A program made the translations under genes and the position numbers. From Octopus vulgaris (Eukaryota): DNA of 64,000 nt. How positions within the stretch are numbered: position 1 is the stretch's first letter; each line of letters starts with the position of its first letter. Under the pieces are notes generated by a model. That model made no database searches and had not been told where the DNA came from. It was given only the letters and a program-made list of their open reading frames with translations. Positions 14,708 through 27,463 of this stretch are shown piece by piece. The stretch is from the NCBI GenBank assembly GCA_951406725.2, contig OX597826.1, positions 28,582,001-28,646,000 of the forward strand, written 5' to 3'.

Positions 14708-15091
14708 AAGATACACACACATACAGATATACACATGCATATATACAAATATACTTATATATATATAAATATACATGATGTATATAAATAAATATACATA
14801 TATATAAATACACATACATACAGATATATATACTCACACACACTTTATGCTTTTATGAATACATGTAAATATGTTTGTGAAGGTCAAAACACAAAATGGC
14901 TAGTTTATACATATTTACACACAAAAAAATATAAACACCTACATATTTACGTATATGCATATATATATCTTTTCATTCTGTTTTCCCACTTGTTTGTTTG
15001 AATATATATTCTCACATTAACTCCTTTGTGAGCAATATTTTCTTTCACATTTAATATTGTGTGCATGTGTGTGTGTGCATGTGTGTGTGCA

Positions 15092-15122
<31 letters not shown>

Positions 15123-15796
15123 GTGTGTGTTCATGGATATGTGAATATATGAGTGTAAGTGTGAGCATGAGTTTATACCTGTATGTTTCTGCATCTATGT
15201 GAATTTCTATCTGTACACAATCACACACACACACACAGATATATAAACGCCCACACACGTGGGACGTGGGTGTGTATATGTTTGTGTAAAAATATTTGTG
15301 TGGTTCAACAAGTGTGTGTGTATGTGCAAAATTCTGTACATCTGTGTATCAGATTTTGTCCATGGGGAATCATGCGACTATATATTACTATGTATGTATG
15401 TATGGATGGATGGATGAACAAATGAGCATGGGTGTATATATTCATATAGATTAATGTAGAATATATTTATATACATGTAGTTCCTCTCTCTCTCTCTCTC
15501 TCACATACACATGCACTCCCATATATAATGCACCCAAAATTTCATATACACTCACTGACATTCAAATGTATGTACAGCACACACACATTCGCATTATATA
15601 TATATATATACACTCGCTCACCAATTCAGATATATATTACCAAACATACAATACATACATACATACACAACCCGCAATTCCATATGCGAAAAACTTGATA
15701 TACAGACATATGTACAGAAACACACACACACACACACAGTCTTTATACACACACATATACACAAAATCCAATCTACAGGAGTCTACACAGTAATGT

Positions 15797-15830
<34 letters not shown>

Positions 15831-16525
15831 TTGTTCACTTTGCTCTGCATTCGCATACATACATCTACATGTGGCATCACACATGCACGCACGCACACTG
15901 ACGCTTCTCTTCAAGCTGCCACGCCACTCCAAGTGCCAATCTTAGCATTACCAAACATCTCAAGACTGAAAAGAAAAAGGATTCTTTAGAATTATTTTTA
16001 TAGTTTTATATGATATTCTCTATATATTTATACAATAATATATTATTTATATTATATTTACTGCACATTTGTATGTCTAATATACATTCGTATTTTTCTA
16101 TATTATTTTTTGTATATCTCTACATACTCAATGCATTTATATGTATATATTTATATATGTCTATATGTCTATTATACCTTCATAATATATTTATATATAT
16201 TTGATTCTTGCATTATTTGTATATTTATTTGCAATTTATTTACGTCCGCTTTCGTCTCCTTTCTTATCCCTCTATGCTGCCCTTTTTTTTAATATCATTT
16301 TCTGGTTTGCTTTATACACACACAGTTATATGCATACAGTTAGATAGACAGATAGAGAGGGAGAGACAGAAAGATAGATAGATGGAAAGATAGGTAGGTG
16401 GGTGAGTTTGCACACAAGTTAAAAATTGTAGGTGTGTGTATATATATATATATATCTTGCATGCATATATGCTAATAATGTGAGGATATATATGTATACA
16501 CACACACACACGTGTATGTGTGTGT

Positions 16526-16566
<41 letters not shown>

Positions 16567-17229
16567 TATATGTGTGTATGTGTGTGTACACCTGCTCACA
16601 CAAACACACACCATAGTTACCACATAATCTGTTGCCCCTTCTTGATCTCCTCAAGAAATCCTCGCCCCATCTTCCCCGTCGTCTATGTCCCACAATATAA
16701 GGGGATTCCATGCAAAAGCTGGCGGAGGGGAGGGGTCGAACCAATTGAGAACACAAGGCAAGAGAGACAGAGGAGTGGGGGGCAAGAGATGAGAACCAAA
16801 AGGTGTGATGAAATAACGTAATTCTTAATTGCTAGAAATTCTAGGGTTTTGAAGGGTTTTGGTGGGTTTTTTTTTGCTAAATTTATCATTTACATTGATT
16901 TATATTTTAATTAATTAAATAGTTAATTAACCATTTATTAGTTTGTTTGGTTTCTTCTTAATTATCATTATTTCTTTTTCTTTTATTTAGATTTTATTTA
17001 TTTATTTTTCCATCACTTGGCATTTTCCATGATAGAAAATATTCAAGATAAAAGCACACACGTACACACAACATGCGTTGCACATAAATAATTCATGTGT
17101 TTAAGTGTCTGTGTACTTATATATATATGTGAATGCGTGCGTATATGCCTGGGTGATTCTGCTAAGCATGCATTTGTATGCATGAGTTTATGCATGTCTT
17201 AAGTAAAAGAGGTTGCGTGTATATAGCAG

Positions 17230-17970
17230 ATGCAAGCGTTGCTGTGTGGTATGAATTTTGTGTCCCAATGCCAACCACATGGTTCTTGGTTCAATCCCAC
17301 TGCATGGAAACTTGGGCAGATGTTTTTCTGCAATAGCCCTGGGCCTGAATAAAGCCTTCGTGAGGATATATGATGGAAACTGAAAGAAGCTCCTCATACA
17401 TATGGGTGTGTGTGTGTTTGTACACGAGATACTTCAACTATAGCCCTGGGCCCAAACTAAGCCTTTGAGAGAGGATATACGGTGGAAACTGAAAGAAACC
17501 CATCATATATGTGTGTGGGTGTGATACTGTCTCCTTGCCTTGACATCGTGTTCTAGTTGTAAGCGAGTGTCACCGTCATGCAAGGGATGTCTGCTGTTTC
17601 CAATATTCTATGTTGAATCATATTTATTCATGCTTGGATACTTTTCCTGTCACCAATCATCACCTGCTTCTAGTGAAGGTAATATTTCCCCATGGCCAGA
17701 CACGTTTTCACAGAATATTGGAAACAAACAACCTCACTCGTATGACAGTGATATTCGTTTACAACCATCGCAGTACATCAAGATAAAGCTATACACATAC
17801 CCACGTTTAATTTTACATACACAATAGGCTTCTTCCAGTTTCTGTCTACCAAATCAACTCACAAGGCTTTGGCTGGTCCATAGATATAGCGAAAAACACT
17901 CATCCAAGGTGACAGGCAGCAGAACTGAACCTGAGACCACATGCCTAAAAAGCCAGCTTCTTATCCACAT
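17230..17970. mobile_element. Cluster of old SINE A fragments (both orientations) and a B-related fragment
   Basis: GGAAACTGAAAGAA motifs at ~17376 and ~17484; reversed 5' half at 17826-17970. Confidence 0.65.
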
Positions 17971-18277
17971 CATCATGACATAGACAATAAAGTCACTCCT
18001 GCAGCAGAAAGACCAATGCCACAGAACATCGTGAAACTAGGCACCAATATCTAAGCCTTGTTCAAGCCTAGTTAGGTTACCTATGAAGAAAACCAAACAA
18101 TACCAAAGTAAGAGATCTCCACGGACTATTAATCAAAAAACACTTTCTGATATACAAGAATGACAAACGACCCAGAATGAGGAAACTAAGATATAAGAAA
18201 TTCAAAATCGAGCATAATATATGGGGATTCCCATCATCAGCTGAACAAATGGATGTCACTATGGTGGCAGTGTCCAT

Positions 18278-18433
18278 GAGTGGCTGTGCGGTAAGAAGCT
18301 TGTTTCCCAACCACGTGGTTCTGTGTTCAGTCCCAATGTGTGGCACCTTGAGCAGTGTGTCTTCTGCTACAGCCACAGAATAACTAAAGCTTTGTGAATG
18401 GGTTTGGTAGATGGAAACTGAAAGACGCCCGTC

Positions 18434-18484
<51 letters not shown>

Positions 18485-18732
18485 TGTATGTATGTATGTA
18501 TGTATGTATGTATGTATGTATGTATTTGTGTGTCTGTGCTTGTCCCCCCAACATCGCTTGACAACTAATGTTGGTGTGTTTGCATCCCCGTAACTTAGTG
18601 GTTCAGCAAAAGAGACCAATAGAATAAGCACTAGGCTTACAAAGAATAAGTCCTGGGGTTGATTTGCTTGACTAAAGGCAGTGCTCCAGCATGGCCACAG
18701 TTAAATGACTGAAACAAGTAAAAGAAATAAAA

Positions 18733-18733
<1 letters not shown>
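18278..18733 (+). mobile_element. SINE family A full copy with internal (TA)n(TATG)n
   Basis: Head, body and tail are all present. Confidence 0.88.
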
Positions 18734-18774
<41 letters not shown>

Positions 18775-18777
<3 letters not shown>

Positions 18778-18980
18778 ATGCTTATTTCAAGTCGGGCTTC
18801 CATGTTGGCATGGGTTGGATGGTTAGACAGGATACGATGGGTCCCAAGGACAGCACCATGCTCCAAAGTCTGTTTTGGCACAGTTTCTATAGCTGGATAC
18901 TCTTTCTAAACACAACTACTTTACAGCAAATACAGGATGCTTTTTTTCATGCCAACAGCACAACTGAAGTCACAAGGTAA
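18775..18980 (-). mobile_element. SINE family B decayed copy
   Basis: TTCCATGTTGGCATGGGTTGGATGG and TTTCTATAGCTGGAT motifs. Confidence 0.65.
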
Positions 18981-18999
18981 ACAGTAATGGTCACGTGAC

Positions 19000-19167
19000 C
19001 TCTTCGAGTCGTGCCGACCCACAAGGGTCAGTTTCCTGGTTTCCATGGCATAAATGCTCCCCTACTGGACAGGATGCCAGTCAGTTGAGGGATTGCTCAT
19101 TTTTGGACTAGAGCAATGTGGAATGAAGTGTTTTGCTCCCTAAACACTAAGCCACGTGCCTCCACAA
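19000..19167 (-). mobile_element. SINE family E-related deleted copy
   Basis: Ends with AAGCCACGTGCCTCCACA and shares the CTGGACAGGATGCCAGTC segment with 5981-6276. Confidence 0.6.
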
Positions 19168-20260
19168 CTCACAAGGCTATAAAACCTGAGGGTCAGCTTT
19201 GTACTAAGGGATGAGGGGGCTAAAGAATGAGAAAAGTGGAGGGCAGAACAGGGTTTTGTAGAAGAGCTTTATGGACCTTCTGCTTGTCTATTTGTTTTTA
19301 CACTCAGTATACATTACATCATTTGTTTATACATTTTTTCATTTATACATACATACATACATATATATATATATATATCAATATATATATAAAGGAGTAC
19401 AAAAAATGGGACAAGGACACAAAGCATCCATACAGTTAGATGATATAAAAAAAAGGGACAACAAAACATCCAATCAGATGATACAAAAAAGGGACAAGAA
19501 AAAACAAGGACGGGTCATTCAGCGTTTTCTGTATATATATATGTATATGACGGGCGTCTTTCAGTTTCCATCTACCAAACAGATTATCATAGCAATTTTG
19601 GCTGATTATACTCGAATCACAAAGATAATCAGGAACTAGACTGAATAAAGAAAACTCAAAATGACCCATCCTTGTTTTTTCTTGTCCTTTTTTTGTATTC
19701 CTTTTTATATACATATGGTGGTGTACATACACATTGGTCTCATATATATATATATATATATGGAGAGTTTACGAAAAAAACAAAAAACGAAGACAGGTGG
19801 TGTACAAAACAAACAGATGTATTAGTATAATGCTCAGGAATACAAAAAGTCTTTTACATTTCGAGCCTACGCTCTTCTACAGAAAGGGACACAGAAAAAA
19901 TGTGTATAGTGGCTGATGATCTATCATGGCGACTATATACATATATACAAACACACACATACACACTGACAAATAGCTTTAGATGAAACACATAACTTCA
20001 AATTTACATTCTAAATAATTTCTAAAAATAACAACAGAATATTTGCTGGGAGAGATACACAATAATGAGTGTTAAGTTGAATTCATTTAATAAACTCCAC
20101 TCCAGTTTTAAGTTTCGCTTGACAGCTTGTTCAGTCGTTCTTCTCGAATAAGCCACAACACAAACTTTATAACAATGACAAACAGGGCTACACCTGCAAC
20201 TAACAAAAACATATCTACATAAAAGATAGAGCAATGCAATTAGCTTAGGTATTTCTATAT

Positions 20261-20266
20261 CAGTAA

Positions 20267-20300
<34 letters not shown>

Positions 20301-20480
20301 GGTGGTGGTGTTGTAATAATAGTATTTGTAGAAGTGGTGGGATGGTCTGCATGGTATTGGTTGCAGTAGAAGTTGTAATTGTCAGGGTAGTAGTAGCAAT
20401 AGTTGTAGTGGTGGTATTGGCAGCATTAGAAGATGTATTTGTTGTGTAGTAGTAGTAGTAGTAGTAGTAGCAGCAGCAGC
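20261..20480. repeat. Trinucleotide low-complexity tract (TAG/TGG/CAG)
   Basis: Direct reading. Confidence 0.9.
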
Positions 20481-20864
20481 AATAGGGTCTCTTGTGATCG
20501 CCAATCTCTCTTGCAATTCTTTTTATATACCTGAAGTCAATAATTTTTAAAAGTACCAGTAATATCCTGCAGAGTCTCATTTGTGACAAAATCACTATAG
20601 CCATTAGAACATCAAATATATTTTCTTGAGGCAAATGATCTTTTAAATTTATGTTTCTGAGTTCAAATCTAATAGCGGGCAATATTATACTTTCCATTAT
20701 TTCAGGGACTGATAAAATGGTGAGATAATAAATCAGAGACCAACCATTCTAAAAGTGTGGATTGGCATCAAACATGATGTCTCATGTTGTTTGATCTGAA
20801 TGTTTGTGTACTGAGTTCAAATCTGGCTTGTGGTTATTCCAATCCCTTTCTGTTAGCCAGGACT

Positions 20865-22302
20865 TAACTCTTTTGAGGCTAACCACCTGAAACAGTCCCT
20901 CATTCTGTGATACTTCCTATTTTAAAGCCACCTAAACTTAACCAGTTAGTATATGAACAGGCCATATTTGGCCTAAATATTTTGCCTCTCTTATGTTCAT
21001 GACCTGGTCAGGTCTGGCCTCTCACACCTACCCTACAGTGTCATTCAAAAATTGTCAAGTCACTGAAATCTCAAAGCTACAAGATAATGCATGATTAATC
21101 AAAAAAAAAAAAGAAAGAAACAAGAATGAATAAGCAAAACATTTGACAGAATAACCTGAATGCCTAAAGTGTTAAACCTTCCATCAAACTATTTTATTAA
21201 TTTATGTTGAAAATGCTTCTTAATAATGACCAAGTTATTTTACTTAAAGCCTCAATTATTTTCAAAAATAAACTAGAAGCAAGATGATTCATTTCAATAA
21301 AAAAATATGGTTACACTAAACTTAAATCATTCTTTTCTACTCTAGGCACAAGGCCCGAAATTTTTGGGGAGGGTGCCAGTCAATTAGATCGACCCCAGGA
21401 CACAACTGGTACTTAACTTATCAACCCTGAAAGCGGAAACAATAGTTAAAATATTGCAAAATTCTTGTCAGTTTATGTGTTCTGTAACTCAAGACAGACC
21501 CATGGCTCTACAGTACAAATTCCGTTTTAACCCTTTAGTGTTTAAACTAGCCATGTCTGGCCAAAAAGTTTCATCTGTTTGATGTCCAAACTGACCAGAT
21601 TCAGCCTCTCACACCTACCTTACAATATCATTCTAAAAATAAACAATCGATGATCTCAAAACGGATTAATTCAATACAATACAAATAAATAAACTTTACA
21701 TCTGATAGAGTAATCATCATCATCATCGTTTAACGCCTGCTTTCCATGCTAGCATGGGTTGGACGGTTTGACTGTGGGCTAGCGAACCAGATGGCTGCAC
21801 CAGGCTCCAGTCTTGATCTGGCAGAGTTTCTACAGCTATATGCCCTCTAAACGCTAAAGGGTTAAAGTGATTTAAATCATAATCCTCCATGAAATTTCCA
21901 TGTTATTTCCTGTTCCAAAACACCAGACTACTAATAATGATAGAGTTACATTAGTAAATTCTTCATTTTTTTTTTTTTCAAAATGAACTGAAACAACAGC
22001 AGCACATTTCAACAGAGATTTGGTAACAAAAACGACCAAAATACTGTATGACTAACAGGTTATGTATTCTGTAACTCAGTAACTTATCTGAGACTGCCCC
22101 ATGGTTCCATGATACAGACTTCTGTCTTTTTTTAAAGCAATCTAAATCGAAACCTTCCTTGAAAATGTTGTGTTAATTTTATGATCAAAAAATACCAGGT
22201 TAACAAAGATTAAGTTATCTTACTAAATTCTTTATTATTGCCAAGATAAATTGAAACAAACTTTAGAGGATTTCCACAGAAATATGGGCACTAAAAAGTT
22301 AA
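20865..22302. mobile_element. Nested cluster of piggyBac-like MITEs (families P1 and P2) with SINE fragments
   Basis: Three reversed P1 copies ending ...AAATATGGTAAC-like; P2 copies inserted at TTAA at ~20937-21175 and 21531-21861. Confidence 0.65.
21531..21861. mobile_element. piggyBac-like MITE P2 with TTAA target-site duplication, carrying a SINE B insertion (21714-21845)
   Basis: TTAA|CCCTTTAGTGTTTA ... TAAACGCTAAAGGG|TTAA; 14-bp TIR with 1 mismatch. Confidence 0.85.
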
Positions 22303-23867
22303 TCAGCCAATCACAAGACCAGAATCAATTCCTGATAAAAGCTGCAACAGGTGGATCAGAAGAGGAAAAAGGGGTTGTGATGGCATGTTACAACAGTTGA
22401 AAATGATGATGATGATCTAGATTACAATAGAATTGGTGTTCCTTTCTCCCCTCAAATCTATTGTCTTGTACACTTGTACTATTAATTTTGAGTTCAAATC
22501 CTGCTGAGGTCAACTCAGGTTTTCATCCCTACAAGGTTGATAACATAATTCAAGTATTGGAGTTGAAATAAAGTAAAACCAAATTTCCAAATTTCTGGTA
22601 ATGTACTCAATTGACACAATTCTAATTTTTAAAAAAGGGGCAGATGATTGTCAGAGTTATCAGAACTTCAGAAAAAGTACCTGGTAGGAATAGTTCCAGC
22701 TCTTTACATTCCGAGTTCAAATTCTGATGAGGTCAACCACAAATTGCCCCTGTGAACAAATCTGTTTTCTCCACATCATCAATATTTATCGAAAAGAATA
22801 GCCGCCAGAATTGCACTGCTACAGCATGGCATAGCACCAGTGCTGTCACAGACCCAGCAGTCAAAATTCAGGGATTTGGATTAAATACAGCTGACTATTA
22901 TTATCCCACCCGATCCTTTGAAAGTTCTGCCAATCCAAGAAGCTGAATCAGTACATTTTCATCGATCCTGATATAATGAAGGACAAAAACAACAGGTTTC
23001 CTTTATATGAAGATACTTGCCCAAGGTGTCACACAATGGCTTCATGCTTTTGCTTGATAGCACATACATACACATCCAACGAACAGGAACATGAAACTCT
23101 GAGTAACAGTTTTAGTGATACTTCTGCTGCTTTTAAATACACACACACACACGTACACAAACACACACACGTACACAAACACACATATGTACATACACAC
23201 ACATGTACACACAAACATATACACACACGTACATACAAACATACACTTGTACATACACACACACATAAATTGGATTCATAAGTATAAGGGTATCTGTAGA
23301 TACCCCTATATAACTGAACCAATAAATTACTGTTTAATTAATTCAATAACCTCCACCCCAGCGACATTCCAAGGAAAAGGCAAAGTTGATGACACATTGG
23401 CGGAGAAGTAAAAAGATAGAGACTCACATCAAAAGGGAGTGAAATATTTCAGTAATATTGATACATGGGTGTGTGTGTGTGTGCATATATATATATATAT
23501 ATACACAGACACATATATATAGGTAATGTAAGATAAACAGAATATTGTATGAGACCCAACTTGCCTCGGTCATTAACAAACACATGTTGGATAGTTTGTT
23601 TTCAATTAAAATTCTTTCATTCCGTTTAGACTTTCTTTTTCTTCTTCCACCATCTATTTATGTATATGATGCATGGATAACAGTGTGTATGTATACATAT
23701 TATATATATATACACAAAGCAGGGTCTGGGGGTGTGATATGTCAATGTGTAATTAAAATAATTTATTTTTTATTTAATTTATATAGTGTTATTCAATACC
23801 CTGTCAAGGGTGAAATGATTAACTAAACAATTATATATACATACATGTATGTGTGTGTGCAGGTGTG

Positions 23868-23898
<31 letters not shown>

Positions 23899-24203
23899 AA
23901 TATATTATACATGCATGTACATATACGTGTGTGTGTGTATGTGTGCATATAGGTATACATATATATTATACATACATGTAAGCATCTATGCACAATCTTG
24001 AACCCTGAATATGGTAGACATTTTTTAATTTATATATATACACGTTAGGCATTCAGAACCACATCAACATATATCAACGCAAATACAGATAGATAATTAG
24101 TTTTTAATTCAACCAAAATTAATTAAAATGTGTTTATATACATGTGTGTGCATATATGTGTTTGCGTGTATGCAAGCATATGTAAGTTGCAAGTATATAT
24201 ATA

Positions 24204-24611
24204 GGCACAGGTATGGCTGTGTGGTAAGTAACTTGCTTACCAACCACATGGTTCCGGGATCAGTCCCACTGTGTGGCACCTTGGGCAAGTGTCTTCTACT
24301 ATAGCCATGGGGCGACCAAAGCGTTGCGAATGGTTTTGGTATATGGAAACTGAAAGAAGCCTGTCACATATATATATAAATACATGTATATATGTGTGTG
24401 TGTGTATATTTGTGTGCCTGTGTTTGTCCCCCCAAGATCACTTGACAACCAATGCTGGTGTGTTTATGTCCCCATAACTTAGCGATTCAGCAAAGAGGCC
24501 GATATAATAAGTACTAGGCTTACATAGAATAATTTCTGGGGTTGATTTGTTCGATGAAAAGGTGGTGCTCCAGCATACCCACAATCAAATGACTGAAACA
24601 AATAAAAGAAT
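24204..24611 (+). mobile_element. SINE family A full copy
   Basis: Head, body and tail are all present. Confidence 0.88.
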
Positions 24612-24656
24612 GTGTGTGTGTGTATATGAATATATGTGAGTGTGTGTGTGTGTGTA

Positions 24657-24706
<50 letters not shown>

Positions 24707-24984
24707 GTACTTTAGTATCTACGGCCAGATGCTCTTCCTGATTCTAACAACCCTGAAAGTACTGGGTGCACTTTGTTGTGGTATCAACCACCAAAGTATT
24801 CAGGAGATATAGAAACATGTTTCTCCCGTTCTCTCTCGGTATGTGTGTTTGAGTGTATATAATACACACACACACATGCAGAAAACTTTAAAACAAGACA
24901 CATGTACTCATATATTTATAATACATACATACATATGCATGTGTATTTATTATAATAAACAAACACATCGCCTTCCATGCTGGC

Positions 24985-25034
<50 letters not shown>

Positions 25035-25464
25035 TATACACACATATATATTGTTTTTTTGTACACTTATAGTAAAACAGTATAAACACTTTTACATTAA
25101 TCTGATGGATAGCTCTAATTTTGACGAGTCCAAATTTATCATTCTTAAACGAGAAAATTATTGACAGTGATTTCAAAGTTTTGGTCAGCCACGCCATCAT
25201 CGGACACACACACACTGAAATGTTTTCCTCTTAGTTTCTTTATAATGAATAATGAAGTTTAGACAGTATTAATCACAAACAACTCACACACACACACACA
25301 ATCTACTTATCAATCAATTTTTGAAATGACTATGCACTTCGTTAATATCTGAATTCTGATCCCAGCTAGGTCAAATTTAAATTACATTTTAATTTTTTCC
25401 AGGCACCAACATATATAGGTCAAATAATGGAGGTCAGTTCGAATTTGACCCATTTCTCAACAGC

Positions 25465-25915
25465 CAAAGAAGCGGCACAAAGTGCCATGGCACAATCGTT
25501 GACATGCCAAAGCCAAATGCCTGGTGGTATTTTAACCATCCTTTTCAAATTCCACTGAGGTCATTTCGCCTTTCATTTTTTTGGGGTTGATAAAATGAGT
25601 ACCAGTTATGTACTGGACAGGGGTTCATGTAAATCAACTTACATCCTTCCCGAAATTGCTGGCCTTGTGTCAAAATTCGAAAACATTATTGTTATTATTA
25701 TTATCAAGGTGGCAAGTTGGAAATGTTAGCACTTAGGACAAAATGCTTAGTGGTATTTTGTCTGCTGCTAAGTCCTGAGTTCAAATTCTGTCGAGGTCAG
25801 CTTTGCCTTTCATCCTTTCAGGGTCAATAAAACAAGTACCAGTTATACACTGGGATTGATGGAATCGACTCATCCCACTCCTCAAAATGGCTGCCCTTGT
25901 GGCAAAATCCCAACC

Positions 25916-25951
<36 letters not shown>

Positions 25952-26175
25952 GGTGGTAACTTGGCAAAATTGTTAGCGAGCTGGACAAAATGCTTAGCTG
26001 CATGTCACCCATCACTACGTTCTGAGTTCAAATTCCACCGCAGTCGACTTTGCCTTTCATCCTTTCTGGGTCAATAAATTAAGTACCAGTTGAATACTAG
26101 GGTTGATGCAATTCACTTAGTTCCCTCCCTTAAATTTCAGGCCTTGTGCCTATCGTAGAAAGTATTATTATTATT

Positions 26176-26212
<37 letters not shown>

Positions 26213-26345
26213 AGGTGGCCAGCTGGTAGACTCACCAGAACGCTGGACAAATTTACGGTGACCCCAGTTGAACACAGGGGTCAATGTAATCAACTCACCC
26301 ACTCTCTCAAAATGACTGGCCTTGTGCCAAAATTTGAAACCAAAA
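25465..26345 (+). mobile_element. Head-to-tail array of about four SINE family C copies separated by (ATT)n/(ATC)n tails
   Basis: Repeated AAGGTGG..AG.TGG heads, GAGTTCAAATTC B box and CTTTGCCTTTCATCCTTT..GGGTCAATAAA core. Confidence 0.8.
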
Positions 26346-26674
26346 TCATCATCGTCTTTTTATTTATTTATCTATTTACCATTATCTTCATTAAATTAGT
26401 GACATAATTATCTCATTATTGACATTATTTTTATTCTCAACATTATTGATCTTACTATCATCATTATCATCATTGTTGATTATAATCATAACTATCATTA
26501 TTGAAGTTCCTGCTGTCATCAATATCATTATTATTGTTGATTATTATCATTACTATCATCGTTCCTGACGTTACAGATATCATTACTGCTGTAATAAGCA
26601 TCATAATTACTGACAACATCATTATTATTAACAGATGCATACATACATGATATATATATATATATATATATATA

Positions 26675-26868
26675 TCATCATTTAACATCCGCTTTCCATG
26701 CTAGCATGGGTTGGATGGTTTGACTGAGGACTGGCAAGCCAGAAGGCTGCACCAGGCTCCAATCTGATTTGGTAAGGTTTCTACAGCTAGATGCCCTTCC
26801 TAATGCCAACCACTGTGAGTGTGTAATGGGTGCTTTTTATGTGCCACCAGTATGGAATCCAGTCAGGC
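26675..26868 (-). mobile_element. SINE family B copy
   Basis: (CAT)n TTTAACATCCGCTTTCCATGCTAGCATGGGTTGG tail; homologous to 31642-31882. Confidence 0.82.
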
Positions 26869-27060
26869 ACCCACATGGTGCCATATAAAAGCATCCACAT
26901 GGTGCCTCATAAAAGCATCCATGTGGTACCACGTAAAAGCATCCATGTGATGCCACGTAAAAGCATCCATGTGGTGCCATGTAAAAGCATCCATGTGACC
27001 CCACATAAAAGCATCCATGTGACCCCCACATAAAAGCATCCATGTGGTGCCACATAAAAT
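26868..27060. repeat. 24-bp minisatellite, about 8 copies (CATCCATGTGGTGCCACRTAAAAG)
   Basis: Direct reading. Confidence 0.9.
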
Positions 27061-27159
27061 GCTAAAGAGTTAATAGGCAGATTAATTCCAGAGTTGTACA
27101 ATTCCTTGCTCTGTTGTACGCAGTGGTCCTCTTTTAGGGGCATTTCAATAATATGTGTA

Positions 27160-27370
27160 TACAAGTGGGTCCTGAAAAGTATCTGGCTTTGGGTAAAAGA
27201 AAATACAAGAGGATCAGTTAATTATGATACAAGAGGATCAGTTAATTATGATTTCATTCAACATATTCCCCTCTCAGATTCACAAACTTATTGCAGCAAT
27301 CCTTCAGTTTTTCTCAGCTCTATAAAAGAACTCTGAAGTTTGGGCCTCCAAACAGGTTTTTCACAACAGC
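27160..27370 (-). mobile_element. Tc1/mariner remnant homologous to 5730-5888, with an internal 24-bp duplication
   Basis: CTGAAAAGTATCTGGCTTTGGGTAA terminal sequence; ATACAAGAGGATCAGTTAATTATG occurs twice. Confidence 0.65.
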
Positions 27371-27375
27371 CTTAA

Positions 27376-27432
27376 CCCTTTCATTACTGTATTTGTTCTG
27401 AGACGGCTTCAGCCAGGATGGTACCAAAAGGG
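27376..27432. mobile_element. 57-bp internally deleted piggyBac-like MITE P1
   Basis: TTAA|CCCTTTCATTAC ... GGTACCAAAAGGG|TTAA. Confidence 0.75.
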
Positions 27433-27463
27433 TTAAGAATTGTTTCTCTATTATATATTTTAA

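Noticed and set aside
20260-20697. 145-aa ORF with poly-Y/T/H/C
   Set aside because: Driven by trinucleotide repeats and a decayed SINE; no domain.
23795-23815. TACCCTGT, the 5' end of miR-10
   Set aside because: The match stops after 8 nt and there is no pre-miRNA hairpin.
26868-27060. CRISPR-like regular repeats (also 49673-50102)
   Set aside because: Eukaryotic context, no cas genes, no unique spacers of constant length, and degenerate repeats.
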